From positions 62,126,001 through 62,190,000 of the forward strand of contig NW_024704743.1 of NCBI RefSeq assembly GCF_018977255.1: DNA of 64,000 bases, given 5' to 3'. The notes under the pieces are model-generated. The model did no database searches. It was given only the letters and a program-made list of their open reading frames with translations, and was not told the DNA's origin. Numbering within the stretch: position 1 is the stretch's first letter; each line of letters begins with the position of its first letter. The position numbers and the translations under genes are program-made. Below are positions 1 through 13,794 of the stretch, one piece after another. Source of the stretch: Callorhinchus milii. Lineage: Eukaryota.

Positions 1-1176
1 TATTGCACGGTTGTTTTTTTCCCTACACACACCATCACAGCACCTTGGAACTTCTTCCCGATGTGAAAAATGCTATATAAATGTAATTTTGCATTGTATA
101 ATAAATGACATATTAAGTACAGAGCATATATTATAATTTAACAATAACAAGACAGGCAGTTGACAAAATGTTTTTGACATTTGGAACACAATTGGAAACT
201 ATGTGTCACCCATAGAGTTTGTTAACAGTAAATATTGATGGTATTTACTGTACAATAAGGCAGCCTTCATGAGGCAGTGTAGTCCAACACTTATTTGTTG
301 CAATATCAGCTAGAGCTTACAGTGAGGGAAAAGTAATTTAAAATTATATTGCAGATAATATTACATCAATAATATAATTTTTTTAATTCTTGTCCACAGA
401 TTGTTTTTTGTTATAAATGCAGCATTATGTATCGAAAATATTTCTGTACTTTGCCAAATAGTGGGCTAATCTTCAAGGGTTGGGTACATTCTCCACTTAA
501 TTTCAACCAGGCAGAAAATGAGTTTGGGAGGAGATTATTCTTTCCCAGTGGTTTTCCAATTTTTCGAGTCTATGCTCATAGCTATAAGCTCTCATTCTTG
601 ATATGATCTCTATGCATCTTCTCTGTAGCCTTTCCATGGCTCTGATGACCTTTCTATAATGGGGTGCCCATAAATTTCATGCAATGCTCCAAATTTAGCT
701 CAATCAGTGCCTTGAATCATTTTAAAATAATATTCTTGCGTTTGCATTCAATGTCCAATGTATAAAACCCCAGAGTCTCAGTTTCTTTTTATGGCATTTT
801 TCTACCCACACTGTTACTTTTAAAGATCTATTTATCTGCATTCCTAAATCAACATCATTAAGAACTGCTCCATTTACAAATCTTGTTTTCTCATTCTTTT
901 CACAAAATATATTAGAATTTCTCAGTATTAAACTGTATCTGCCCAATTGGCAAAGTGGCCTATGTCATCCTGAAGTTTCCTATATGCTTTGTCATCTCTG
1001 GACTTCCCTGCCTCAATTTCTCCATCTTACCCTCCTCCCTCCCCCCCGCCTCCCCCGTTCCCCCTTTCCCTGTATTCAAATCACGCCTGAAGATTTTCTT
1101 CTTTGGCTGGTCACCTTCCCGAGTTGAGTGTCAAGCCAACCTGCTGTTAAGGGCTCCAAAGCGCTACTTGCATGAA

Positions 1177-1990
1177 GAATCATAGAATCATAGAATTATA
1201 CAGCACAGAAGGAGGCCATTCAGCCCATCATGTCTGTGCTGTTTTTTTGAAAAGAGCTATCTAAATTAATCCCATTCCCCCACTCTGTCCCCATAGCCCT
1301 GCAAACTTGTCCTCCCCAAATAATTATCTACTTCCCTTTTAAAAGTTGTTATTGAATCGGCTTCCACCACCCTTTCAGACAATGCATTCCAGATCCGAAC
1401 AACCTGCTGTGTGGAAAAATTTCTCCTCCCCTCCCCTCTGTTTCTTTTAACAATTATTTTAAATCATGTCCTCGGGTTACCGACCCACCGGCCAGTGGAA
1501 ATAGTTTCCTTGTTCACCTTATCGAATCCTCTCATACTTTTGAAAGCTTCTATTAAGTCTCCTCTTATCCTTCTCTGCTCCAAGGAGAATAATCCCAGCG
1601 TCTCTAGCCTCTCCTCATAACTGAAGTCCCTCATTCCTGGTACCATGCTGATAAATCTCCTTTGCACCTTCACCAATGCCTTGACATCCTTCCTAAAGTG
1701 CGCTGCCCAGAACTGAACACAGTACTCTCGCTGAGGCCTAACCAGTGTTTTATAAAGGTTCATTATAACTTCCTGACTTCTGTATTCTATGCCCCTATTT
1801 ATAAAGCCTGGTATCTCATATGCTTTTTTATCCGCTTTATCTACCTGTCCTGCCACCTTCACAGATTTACTTATATGATCCCCCGGGTCTCTCTGTTCCT
1901 TCACCCGCTTTAAGATTCTACCATCAGCTTATATTGCCTCTCCTCAATCTTCCTCCCATAATGCATAACTTCACATTTCTCCATGTTAAA
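1177..1990 (-). mobile_element. CR1 LINE, 5'-truncated 3' fragment
   Basis: ORF 1464-1904(-) has CR1 ORF2 C-terminal motifs (LYKTLVRPQREYCVQFWA, YEERLETLGLFSLEQRRIRGDLIEAFK); (ATTCTATG)n tail at 1177-1198. Confidence 0.93.
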
Positions 1991-2306
1991 CCTCAAGACG
2001 CTATGTAGGGCTCTATATAACTGCAAGTTGTTGTTTGCTATACCACAACCCCCCCCCACTTCCGCCCCCCCCCCACTAATTTTGCATCAAATATTCTTTA
2101 ATTTGCATGAAGTGATATCCCCTGAAAAGAGGCCAAAATCACATACTGTATTTATTTATTAAAAAAAATTGCAACATGTTCATGTCACATAAGCGGAATA
2201 TAAAATTTGATAAAGATATAACTATATTAATAATCCTTGTATTTGAAATAGCATCTATGGCATAAAACATAACAAAGCTCTTTACATGGAATTGCTGTAA
2301 AGTGAC

Positions 2307-2626
2307 ATAATAATAATAATAATCCTTGCATTTGATATAGCGCTTTTCACGTCTGGAGGACGTCCCAAAGCGCTTCACAGAACACACTGTAAAGTGAATT
2401 GACTGTATATTTGTGGGCGAACGCAGCAGCCAATTGCGCACAGCAATGTCCCACAAACAGTCGTAGATTGAAAATGACCAATTTATTATTGTTTTGGGTT
2501 TTGGAGGGATTATTATTAGGTGTGTGGAGTAAGGAAACTTGCCCAAGGTTTCGCCCTGTCTGGAATTGAACTCAGGTCTCTCGCTTGCAAAATGAGTGCT
2601 CTAACCACTGAGCTACAGGACTCGAC
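2307..2626 (-). mobile_element. Young tRNA-Ala-derived SINE with L2-type tail, full length, inserted in an older SINE
   Basis: A box TAGCTCAGTGG, TTTGCAA anticodon-like loop, B box GTTCAATTCC, (TTA)n tail; near-identical to copies at 16657, 42728 and 61326. Confidence 0.93.
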
Positions 2627-2819
2627 ATTGTGTTTGTAAGTGAATATAGCAGCCAATTTGTGGATAACAAAATTTTACAAAGAGTAATTGTAAAATTGCA
2701 ATTGTTGCCCAGGACATAGGTAAAAAAAATTAGATGGGACCTCGCTAATACTGATGTTGGAGATGACTTACTGCAGTTATATTGGTTCTACTCAAGTGAA
2801 TATAATCAAATAGAGTTAC

Positions 2820-3012
2820 AGCTCCCCTCTCGACTTTCTACCCCCTCCTCGCTCCCTCCCTTCCCTCCCCCTGACCATTTCGCTCCTTGCTCCCTCCCCT
2901 CACCCTGACCATTTCCCCCCTGCTCGGGTCTTGACCCAACTGTACAGTGCCTTGGGACGTCCTCCCGACGTGAAAGGCGCTCTATAAATGGAATCTTGTT
3001 GTTGGTGTTGTT
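2820..3012 (+). mobile_element. L2 LINE 3' end
   Basis: C-rich 3' UTR, then GGGACGTCCTCCCGACGTGAAAGGCGCTCTATAAAT and a (TTG)n tail. Confidence 0.8.
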
Positions 3013-3074
3013 GTACAGTATAGCAATAAAAAAATCTTGTAGCTCCACCACAATAATCAAGATGTCCTTTCAAA

Positions 3075-3312
3075 GGTTCCTTAAGCTTCTCAGCGAATAG
3101 TAAACCTGTGGAACAGGCTCCCTAGGGAGATGGTTGAAGCAGGAAATGTTCTTTCAAACACAAATTAGATAGTTTCCTTTTAGGAAATAACATTATGGGA
3201 TATAGTACATAGGTAGATCGGGATATATGTGCATGCGACCACCAGGAAGGTGGAAGGCGAACTAGATGGACCTTGGTCTTTTTTTCATCTAGCATTTCTT
3301 ATGTTCTTATGT
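3075..3312 (+). mobile_element. CR1-type 3' fragment (second family, TTCTTATG tail)
   Basis: ...GTAAACCTGTGGAACAGGCTCCC (VNLWNRLP) motif; TTCTTATGTTCTTATG end. Confidence 0.7.
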
Positions 3313-3765
3313 ACGCATTGAAAGTTTATTTATAAAAGTTATTTCATATTGGCCTGGGCACTCTGAACATTTAAACTTGTAAGTGTTAATGATTTTTTTG
3401 TGTTCTGATTTCTTTTAAACACTTTATTTTTCTGCAAGTTTTATCTTTCCATAATTCTTTTTAACAGCAATGTTGGTGCCAATTAATTTCGATTTATTTT
3501 AATGTAAACAAAACATTTAGAGTTGTATGCTTGCAGTAACGTAAAAACAACTAAAAGTTCGCTCAACCTATTCCAAGTGCTTTACATCAAAGCGAAAAAC
3601 TGAAGACAGAGATAAATTCTATGTAGTGGGTAGAATTCAAATGTAGAGCCCAAAGCAGTGATGTACTAGCTCATAAATTTAAAGCAATAGAAAAGGGATC
3701 GCAGGTAGGTTATCAAATAGATTCTTGTATAAGCAATCACACTGCAATTGGCATTAAATTACTAT

Positions 3766-3855
3766 TTATTTTATGCTAGTTTCTAGACTAGGAGGACAAG
3801 TTTGTGTTTCAACATCCTGCCGACATATCCAATATCCAGTTCCATGTCCTCCCAT
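3766..3855 (-). CDS. Candidate terminal coding exon (MGGHGTGYWICRQDVETQTCPPSLETSIK*)
   Basis: Pyrimidine-rich tract then AAAG acceptor; phase 0 fits the 4232-4317 exon; AATAAA overlaps the stop. No homology evidence. Confidence 0.25.
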   Translation of the reverse strand: MGGHGTGYWICRQDVETQTCPPSLETSIK

Positions 3856-4100
3856 CTTTTGCCATACAAGAGAAATAAATAACAATTCTTATCCATTAGA
3901 CAAGATATTTACACTGGTCAAGGTGACTTGATCAGCATAATTTATTATGTTGCTCTGGGTTCTGCAGCACACATCTCCTCTTCTCTTGAAAGATTATTTG
4001 ATGGTTGCTTTATATTCTAATATTTATGTTCTATCTGCCTTTTGTTTAGAGGTCACTGTTGAGTGTAATGCTGCCTGTAGCACCTTTAGTTTATTGCCTT

Positions 4101-4165
4101 CAGCAATGTTACCTTTTATTCACTCAGGTGTAACAGCAACATTACCTTTTATCACTCAGGTGTAA
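4101..4165. repeat. 33-bp tandem duplication
   Basis: CAGCAATGTTACCTTTTATTCACTCAGGTGTAA followed by CAGCAACATTACCTTTTATCACTCAGGTGTAA. Confidence 0.9.
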
Positions 4166-4231
4166 TATTTTATAGTCCCATTAATGTCATGACTTCACTT
4201 GTTTGTCTGTCTCTTAGCACAATGCACTGAC

Positions 4232-4317
4232 CTGAGTGGTTTCCAATTTTGCAATATTCCTAATATTTACCAGGATAGTCACATCAAGAGACACAAAACA
4301 AACATTAGTAGAAGCAG
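4232..4317 (-). CDS. Candidate internal exon (ASTNVCFVSLDVTILVNIRNIAKLETTQ)
   Basis: ctcctctcAG acceptor, CAG|GTCAGT donor, phase 1 to 0, compatible with 4546-4669. Confidence 0.35.
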
Positions 4318-4545
4318 CTGAGAGGAGCTTTTGTTGCTAAAGCTGAGTTGAAGGTCTCCCGCCCTTCCCTTGTTCAAGACCCATCTCGAGAGTGCGCTTT
4401 CCCCTCTCCACTCCCTTCAGCTTCCACCCCCAGCTTGGGAGCCCAGCCAGAAGTATTATTGTATTGTCATAACAAATGTAAATAGAAAAGTAAAAGCAGA
4501 AAAACTAAATCAATTTGATTCTGTCAAACTCAAACCCAAATCTAC

Positions 4546-4669
4546 CTGCCCTTCTGAACATAACCATGCAATATTTGTCCGCTGACTTTTCCAATTCTAA
4601 ATTACTTTCTTTCAATCTTGCAATGCCATTTTCATAAAATATTGTTACAAGAAACAGGATTTTCAGAGA
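4546..4669 (-). CDS. Candidate internal exon (SLKILFLVTIFYENGIARLKESNLELEKSADKYCMVMFRRA)
   Basis: ttgctctttgtttttgactAG acceptor, 41 open codons, CAG|GTAGAT donor. Confidence 0.35.
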
Positions 4670-4834
4670 CTAGTCAAAAACAAAGAGCAATAAAATATTA
4701 CCTGTTAGATACAAAGATTAGGTAACCATATGCATCAGATGTTTATAAAATGTATGTAACTCTTTCACAGTAGAAGTTCCATGGGATAACATTTCTACAG
4801 TATGTTCCTGGCAGTGCGAAATGTTGGATGCATC

Positions 4835-5112
4835 TAAGTAGGAACACGGTTATTAGTTGATTGGCGGATCACTTTTCCAGCGGTAATAATTCCTTCCAAA
4901 AAAGTCAAATAAATAATAATGATAAATTGGTCACTTGAATTTATGAAAGTTTGTGGGACACTGCTGTGCGCAATTGGCTGCCGTGATTCGCCCACAAAAT
5001 ATACAGTTAATTCACTTTACAATATATTCTGTGAAGCACTTTGAGACTTCTCGAAGACATGATAAGGTGCTATATCAAATGCAAGGATTATTATTATTAT
5101 TATAATTATTAT
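4835..5112 (+). mobile_element. 5'-truncated copy of the long variant of the tRNA-SINE
   Basis: Shares TAAGTAGG..TTAGT..ATTGGCG.ATC.CTTTT segment with the 48582 copy; standard SINE 3' half and (TTA)n tail. Confidence 0.75.
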
Positions 5113-6040
5113 CATGTGCAGTCGCATGTTGCAGCATTAGTGCCCTCTAGTTGAGCAGTGATGCTGCCAGTGTCTGAGGTGTGGAAGCTCTGACAGGAAC
5201 CTAGCAGAAGGACATCGGTCTTGTTGACATTCAACTGAAGAAAGTTAGTTCTCATCCAGGTCTTCAGCACAGCAGTGGTCCTGGAGTCGAAGGTGGAGAG
5301 AGAGAGGTACAGTTGGGTGTCATCCATGTACATGTGGAAGTTGACTTCATGTCTGCGAATGATGTCACCAAGAGAGAGCATATAGATATTGAAGCTGAGG
5401 GGACCAAGGACAGAGCCCTGAGGAACACCACACAAGATAGTGTGGGACTAGAAGAGAAACTATTTGTGGAGACGGTGTAAAAGGTAGGATTTTAACCAGT
5501 CAAGTACAACACCATGAAGGTTGAGAGGAGGATAGAATGGTTGACAGTGTCAATGGCAGCAGAGAGGTCAAAGATGATGAGGAGGCAGAAGGAACCCTGG
5601 TCACAGGTGGACAAAATGCAATGTGTCACTTTGACCAAAGCAGTTTCTGTGCTGTGGGCAACACGGAACCCAATTGGAGGAATTCATAGAGGGAGGATGG
5701 GAAAGGAAGGAGCGAAGCTGAGAAGCAACAACCCATTCCAGGATCTTGGAAGGGAAAGGGGGGAGGGGGAGATAAGGAACAAGTAGCAGTTAGAAGAGCA
5801 GAGGCAACCGAGTGGATCCCCTCGATTTTGGTCTTGAGGAAGTCCAGCATATCCTCACAGTTGAAGTTGGAGGAGAGGATGGGCGAAGTATGAGAGAGTA
5901 GGTGGGGGAGCCGGTTGGAGAAGAGGGACCTAGAGTTGTCCTTGGCCTCCAAAATTATCTTGAAATAGAAGGATGACTTAGTGGAGGTGAGAGCTGAGCG
6001 GTAAGTTTTGATGTGGTCCAGCCACATCTACCAATGGACC
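5113..6040 (-). mobile_element. L2 LINE internal fragment (reverse transcriptase core), degenerate
   Basis: [45 protein letters not shown] motifs; frameshifted upstream ORF 5626-6027. Confidence 0.92.
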
Positions 6041-7559
6041 GTTAAATTGGATTTGAACAAGCTTACAGCAGTTGGGAAGCAGCCAGCCTATCAAAGCATG
6101 ATGTTGCCTGAGTATCCGGCTACAAAATACATGACCTTACAGTTAATTACATTAATGTCCTCTTAACTTTCCTTACCAATCCATTTAATATTTCTATAAC
6201 TACTTGAAACCTTTAATTTCTCTTGAACTAATTACTTGCCACACAATGTGGTGTTTAAGAGCCCCAAGACGCTGCGCCGCATGCCATAAATGCAAGTTGT
6301 TGTAAGTAATTCTGGTAATATTACAGAAACTACCTTCTCCAGAGCAGAGACCCAGATTAGACCCAGAGCCCAAGGCTTCTCCTCCTCTGAACTTTGTTTA
6401 GCCCCGAATCTGTATTTGTTGTGTAACAAGCCTTTTCTCCTTCTTTTCTGTCTCATTTTATCCTGACAGTCCGATTGTGGGCAATTTAGCATTTTTATAC
6501 TGTACTAGCTGTACCTGTTGCAGCTTTGTTTGCAACCAAAGGATCCAATATGGAATATAGATTGACAGCTATGTGGTTACTGTATTTTACTCAATATTTA
6601 GTATTTCTATTTGTATTTGTACTTTACATAACAAAATATAATTGTTTTGGATGTTTATCCTGAGGAATCTATAAATCTCAAAACGTAGAATTCTTATACA
6701 ATACGTGATGGTATGTGATATACCGGCGCTAAACACAGCTATCTAAAAATGTTTGTTGCCTTTCCAAGTTTTCGGAGAGGGTAATACTTGATTCTATCCT
6801 GGGAGAATAGCCAATGTTTCTGATGTTAGCTAAAACATAGGAACGTAGGAAAAAAGGAACAGAAGAAGGCCACTAATCATATCCAGCTCTTTCCACCATT
6901 TTATTACAACTTGTCTGATCTTTCAATCCCAATGCCCTAACCCTTCACCATGGACCATGATATCTCAACAGTGAGGAACTGTAGTAAGAAAAGGATTGGG
7001 AAAAGGGAAGTTTTATAGCAGGTAAGATGAATACGCATAGTACTTTGCTGTGACTGGAGAGTGATGGAATGATTAATTAAGTGGCTGCAAATAGCCGAGT
7101 TGACGATTGATTCATTCCACACTGATGTAAGGCAAAAGCGCTGAATAAGTGACAAACTCATGCTGAGCCTCCTGCAGTCCTATATCTTGCATAAGTCATG
7201 GTTCAGTAGTCAAATGGTTTAATTGAGCCATTTGTCATCCATAAACCCGAACAGTAACAAAAAAAATGCCCCATCGTTTGCTGCATTTGTTACAAACATT
7301 CGTGCAACAGAAAGAGATTTGAGTAAATACCTCATTGGTTATGTTCTATTCTCTACAGGGTTCAAATTCCAGGAGATGTACAAAGAAAGAGTTTAAGGGG
7401 TGTTTTAATTGGAAGAGGAACATTTTTATGCGGGAATGTTAACACAACCAAATTCCTCCATATGAATGATGGTTGCTGGAAAGGTCACAATTTAGAAAAG
7501 GAATTGGAAAATAGTAAGAAGTTCCATAAACACATACAAGATGCCCATCAGCAACCACA

Positions 7560-7652
7560 GCAAGGTTTCTGATGAAATGTTGACTCACTTTCCTTTCTCC
7601 ATGGATGCTGCCTGACCTGCTGAGTGTTTCCCAGTGACTTCTGTTTTTGTTA
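7560..7652 (+). mobile_element. Penelope-like element terminal remnant
   Basis: CTGATGA..TGTTGACT..GATGCTGCCTGACCTGCTGAGT..TTCTGTTTTTGTT resembles shark Penelope ends (recalled, not searched). Confidence 0.5.
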
Positions 7653-8269
7653 CAGCAAGGTGATTGTTGGCCTTGGGAACATCTCTTTTGTTACATTAAT
7701 GCAGATTTCAATGGAGAAGAGCATTATGCAGATGAGTTTATGGAAAACTGGATGTGGTGAAGAAGGGTCTATGTCAAATGCAATAGTTAATATTATTATA
7801 CAAGGGCTTGAAAGAGCATTCTGAAAGAGTCACTTCTCACGACGACTCTAAGGGCAGAGCTTCAGGCTAATAACTCCCCAGATAAAACTGGTTCCTCACT
7901 TCTTGTGTGCAGATTGGCTGCCATGTTTGACAATAAAATACAGTTGCTACACTTTACAAATATCAAATGTAAGGATTGTTGTATTATTATTAGCAACAAG
8001 CATGAGGAGGACAAGGGGCAACAGAGACTGATAGAGGGAATGATTCTACCCCAGGAGCTGCTGAATATGGGGGAAACTGAAGTAGGTGACCAACTCAAAG
8101 ATCTTTCTCCCACAGTCCCTTCCCTCCCAGCATCATAGATCCAGAGAATATCAGCATCAAGACTCGTACAATTCCTCACAGCAAAACATGCAGTGAAAGG
8201 AGGGGAGTAGTGGTACAGTATTTGGAGCACTTTGAGGTGAAATGTGCAGCTGGAAGGAAGTACATGTAA

Positions 8270-8912
8270 AGAAATCACTTGCAAAGGCCACTAAGGAGCG
8301 TTCAGGAACATTGCGCAGGATGTCCTCACAGCTGACACAGCAGAAACCGTCATCTACACATTCGTCACTTCCCGCCTGGACTATTCCACTGCCCTCCTCG
8401 ATGGTCTCCCCAGTCCCACCATACACAAAATCCAATTAATTCAAAACTCTGCCGCCTGGATACTCACCCACATGAAATTCCATAACCCCATCACACCAGT
8501 CCTTCCCAGGCTCCACTGGCTCCCAATTACCGAATGGATTAATTTCAAGATCCTCTCACTCATTTTCAAATCCCTTCATGACCTTGCATCACCTATCCGA
8601 TCTGCTTATCCCTACTCCACCACCCACTGCCTCCTGATTGTCCCTCATGCCCTCTGCTCCACCATCGATGATATGCCTTCAGTCACTATGCCCCAAAACT
8701 CTGGAACTCTCCTCCTCAATCCCTCCACCTTGCCCCCTCCCTCTCCACCTTCAAATTCTGCCTAAAGACCTTCCTTTTTGATCGCGCTTATGGTAATCTC
8801 CCCCTTCGCTCTCACCCTGGCTCATTGTCAGACTCCACCACTGTGGAACACTCTGGGATGCCATCCCACATGAAGGGCACTGTATAAATATAAGTTATTG
8901 TTGTTGTTGTTG
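8270..8912 (+). mobile_element. L2 LINE 3' fragment
   Basis: FVTSRLDY, QNSAA, ITPVLPRLHWLPITEWINFKIL; (TTG)n tail. Confidence 0.9.
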
Positions 8913-9868
8913 GATGAGGAGTGAAAAGCTTCAGAGGTGTCTGACACATTCAATTGGCGTATGATGATCTTGCAGGAAGTGATGGATAACATAAGGAACG
9001 ATATCCAAAATATGCTTCATCTAACAGTTAGAGTTGAATATCTGGTTGGAAGGTGCTGTGAATCATCTGGAATCTGCTGACAAAAGATTGGGAGGTAAAT
9101 TTGACCAGTGTGTAATAAAGGTGTGCACAACATAACTCAATAGATGGCAATGGTATTTAAATGGTCTATGATGACCCTTGTTGGGAACAACTGGGCAGAT
9201 TTCATATGTTGTCTTCTGGAGAAAGGACTACCTGCGAGCTTGAAAGCTCAGGTGTTGCTGAGGGATGTACAGGTGTCTTGCCACGACCAGGCCATTCAGG
9301 AAAGGGCTCTCTATTGATGAGGTTTCCCCCAATGGAGCTCCAGTATCTCAGATACTGTGTCACCCATGGCATGTATTTATAGTTGAACACTAATCTTGAT
9401 GGGTGGTGAGGTGGATGATGTGGGGGAAGTGGCAGGAACCACAGGCAAGGGTGAGTTTGAACAGGCAGTGGGGCTATGTGGCAGCAGGAGAGCAGCAGGA
9501 GACTGAGTGCGAGGCTAAACCCTTACCATGGGTTAAGTTTGTACCAAACCACAGGCCTGTGAAGCTCACCCCAGTTTTTGATGTGTTAATTTTCAGCCGC
9601 AGCTGTGGGAGTCCAGTTCCCTTGATTTCTATTCCACATATTTGGGAGCTGTACACATGCAGCATGAGTTCCCCTTGAAACTGTTCAGTTCTCCAAACCA
9701 CCCATATCTGATTGAAAGTAATGTTGTAGTTTGAGTGAATCCTAGAAAATATGAAAGTATAACAGTAGTACAGTGCAGTATAATAGTATTATGGCAGAAA
9801 AAACTGATACTTCAATCATATGGATTATGAATGTATTTGCATTTGTTTGGATCAAAGAAATCACTCAC

Positions 9869-9988
9869 AGAATGCTGCAAAGCACACTTTCTGGCCTTGG
9901 AACAGCATCCTGATGCAGAGGAGAAGTTGTCAGCAATGCAGTAGCAAAGTGTTGTCTCTTGAGGGATCTCTATAGGTGTGCTTGCCAA
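9869..9988 (-). CDS. Candidate internal exon (reading frame ambiguous)
   Basis: Consensus GTGAGT donor; ggcctcAG acceptor gives 40 open codons; a second acceptor (tatAG) opens a different frame (RSLKRQHFATALL...). Confidence 0.3.
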
Positions 9989-10481
9989 CTGAGGCCATTG
10001 AAAATCTCAGCAGGGAGAAAACTAGGTACTTAATCCTAGTAAATATGACAGCATCATAGATTTCAGAAGACCCCATAATAAGAGGTGTTTACTGGGAAGC
10101 AATGTGGTTATGGTATATCATCCTCTGTTTCAAAATTGTAGCAGGTTGGGGAATTAGAGTTGCTAGCTCCCTACTGTGCTATTTAGATTTATTTGAGAAA
10201 ATGGATTTGCAGATATTATTTATTCTTCATGAATTATTGGATATAAGTGCTCTGAGATGTTGTCCAGCGTGGACGGTGCTATATAAATCCAAGTTGTTGT
10301 TGTTATTGGTAAAGGGAGTAATTACAATTGGGTCTAGATTTACTCTATTTATATAGCAATTGAAAGCATTCAGAAATTCTTAAATATAATTTTGAAGCCT
10401 GTTTTCTTTAAATTCTTTTAAGAACTATAGAAACCTAACTTAAAATTTGCCCACTTCTGGATGCTCTAAAACACTGACTAA

Positions 10482-10545
10482 ACGCCTTGGGACGTCCTCC
10501 CGACGTGAAAGGCGCTCTATAAATGGAATCTTGTTGTTGTTGTTG
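10482..10545 (+). mobile_element. Minimal (~65 bp) L2 tail insertion
   Basis: Near-identical to the tail at 2949-3012; only the stem-loop and (TTG)n are present. Confidence 0.85.
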
Positions 10546-10959
10546 TAAATACCAGGTGAACATCTCAAAGCATGTCACAGGATTTACTTTGGGGCTAGCT
10601 GGAAACAGCCAGTGGTTTAGATTTACCTCAATCTACACATTAATAAAAAGAGCTAAAACTAATTCCATATTCTCTCTTTTATAAACCAAGATGCAATCCA
10701 AAAGCAATTGCAACTTGCTTTTCAAAGATTGGAAATGTGACCTAGCAACCATCCCCACCCCAACCTTCCTGTTCCATCTCTTTGATTATGGCTTTAAAGA
10801 ATGTTAGTGGTGACGAGCTATAAACTAATATAAATTGTGTTGACAGACAACTTTGCCTCATTCCACTCTCTGAAGATAAAAGGAAAGACACGATACACTT
10901 CCCATCATCACTCACATATCTTGCAGGATATGTATACAATACTAATTTTCCATGCCTAT

Positions 10960-11197
10960 TGACGTGGATGCTAAAAATCCCATGACATTATTCAACAAGA
11001 GAAGGAGGTTTCTCCTGGTGTCCTGACCAACAATCCCCCAGATAAGGTTGATCAGTCACTTTGTGGCTGTTCATGGGACATTGCTTTGCAGAAATTGGCT
11101 GTTACAAAATACACAATTACACTTCGCATTAAATTCTGAAAGTGCTTTGAGATGTCTGCCCTTTATGAAAGATGCTATAACAAATGCAAGAATTATT
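10960..11197 (+). mobile_element. Old Deu-domain SINE, 3' part
   Basis: GTGGATGCTAAAAATCCCATGACATTATT..TTCTCCTGGTGTCCTG resembles the DeuSINE (AmnSINE1/SacSINE1) core. Confidence 0.7.
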
Positions 11198-13794
11198 AAT
11201 TTGGATTATTTCAATTACTTCAATAAGGAAATCCAAACACTGAAGGCATTTTGAAAGAAAAGTTTGGTTAGAACTGAACAAAGACTTTTTCTATGTCTAA
11301 GTATATAGCCATAGTAATTGTTGATTATACCGTATTTTATAAAAATCCTGAAGAAGTGAATTAATTTATGTTAGGTCAGAAGTAATTTCCTCATTTATTC
11401 CTTGTATTGAAGAGATCTATCTTGGAAGGCTCATCTATCTTCCTTAACAAACATGCTAATACATCCCTTGCTATCTCCTCTGTGTTCTTGAATGTCACCT
11501 CAGTTCATCTCAGTTCAATTAGCTACTGCGTTTCTCCCACAAAATATACAGTCATTTCACTTTATAGTGCATTTTGTGAAGCGCTTTGAAACGTCCCAAA
11601 GACATGATAAGGTGCTATATCAAATGCAAGGATTATTATTATTAAAATTCCTTTTTAGCTTCAAACAAACCTCTTGATTTTTACTTCTTTCTTAATTGCA
11701 TTTAAACCAGATTCCAGAGATTATGATTCTACTTGTTTGCTTTTGAAGTCACTCTTATTTTTCTTTTTTCTTTTTCCAAGGATGTACTATGCCTCTAATA
11801 AAAAAATCACTTTAAAGATTCATACTATTATCAATGGGATCCTGTTGATTTGATTGATTTCCAAGAACAAAATGATTTTGTCCTTTGACTAACTCATCAG
11901 AATTCACATAAAAAATGGAACAAATTGTTCAACATTCATTTTAGTAAAAAAACTCCCGGGGGACATGTAATGAACATTGAATTATGATCTGATCATATTC
12001 ATACTTCAATATCAACAATAATTCCTTTGTTATGGAATTTGAGATGAGGAGCATATCAATTTCTAGAGACTGTATTTATAAGGAAAGCACTAAATTTTAG
12101 GATAATGTAGTCTCCAGCCCCCGTGGTCTGACAAAGACTGTGAAGCTTGTAATGATTTAGGTCTATGACCCCCATTTGCTTAGAATTCCACCGACTACTG
12201 AATGAACATCCCTTCACAAAGTATTGGCGCTAAATCATTCCTTTATTACTATATTATTGTATTATTATATATTACACTGACAATCTTTTCTCCCAAAATT
12301 GTAATTGTCCAGCTGTGAATGAGCCTACAACCAAACCATTGTTTTGCCAAGTGCATATGTTCACATCCTGGCAGTGTTGGAAATCACTCCCACTAGTTTT
12401 TGAATGAATGATTTGGAAAGTCAGTTGGATTCCTGCCATTGCTGCTGACTGCAATCATAGAATTACAGAGAATCTACAGCCCAGTGGTGCCACTGTTTAT
12501 ACTCTATATGAGCCTCCACCCAACCTAATCCTCCCTTCCTAGCCTCTCCTCCTCAATACCCCTCTAATCTCTTCTCTTTCATGTATCCAATCCTAAATAT
12601 TAATTAAAGTCATTCTTATGAACCCATTCTCTAGGTTCTCTATACTCTTTTGTCAGATAACTTATCTGTATGACCTCAGCAAAAGGTCACCCACAATCAT
12701 TGAAATGCTGCATTTCATTGCGAAAAAAAACTTCATCGTTGATTAGATATGCATTTAAGGAGAAGGGGGTAGAGGGGTATGGCAGGGAAATGGAGGCTAA
12801 TGTGGCATATAAGCACGGTCTCACAGGTTAGATGGATTGAATGGCCTGTTTCGATGTTATACAGTCTATAATGTAATCCATGTATGTAGAGGTGTTAGCA
12901 GTGCATTGTATTAAGATTTCAGCATATATAGATTTACAGCATATGTGGCACTGATGAACTGTAATTATACAAAGATTACAAAGAACGTAAACAAGCAAAC
13001 AGGCTATTCATGCTGGTGCCAGTGCTTATACTTCACACAAGCCTTCATCCATTCCTTACTCCCTCTCATCTCCTCCTATTCCCCTCTCTCTCATGTAGAG
13101 GTCTAGTTTCCTATTGAATGCATCTATAATATCTGATTCAACCAGAGCTTCAGGCAACAAGTTCAACAATTTCACTGCAAGCTGTGGGAAAGAGTTCCTC
13201 CTAAAGTTTCTTTTAGATCCCACTAGTCGCTATCTTAGCTTTGGGTATACCCTTCATAAAATAATGCCTCTACTGCTGATTTGATCAAACACTCAGAAAT
13301 CTAGGACTTGACACGTCATTATGAATGGGAGGTAAACTGCACAACAAATGTTTTAACAAAACATTGCCAGTGCCAGGCATTCCTCAAAGCTGTTTGTGAG
13401 CAATGTGGCTTTACTACTACCAAAAACATAGTGGCCAATGTTACACTAATGAGTAGTTCACACTTCTAAAGCAACTAATGAGCCAATTGAATGGTATGAA
13501 AATTGCAAAGTCAATGAGTGCAGTTACACATTGCTGAATGCAAAAGGAAAATGACTGAATGGAAAATTCCTGAGAGCCAATTTTACATTGATGTACAGGT
13601 TAATAATAAGTATATACTCAGTTTAAGAATAATAACAATAATAATGCAGTTTCATTTATGTGGTCAATCTAAGTGACTACATTATACATTAGAACACATT
13701 AGAATATACAGCACAGGAACAGGCCATTCAGCCCAACTGGTCTATGCTGGCGTTTATGCTCCACATCAGCCTCCTCCTGTCCTTCTTCAACTTC

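Noticed and set aside
7560..7600. Hammerhead ribozyme in the Penelope-like end
   Set aside because: CTGATGA is present but stem II and a separate GAAA core are missing; not an intact ribozyme
12272..12454. WD40-like appearance of a 60-aa ORF
   Set aside because: The acceptor lies in a CR1 tail, there is no good donor, and the resemblance is anecdotal
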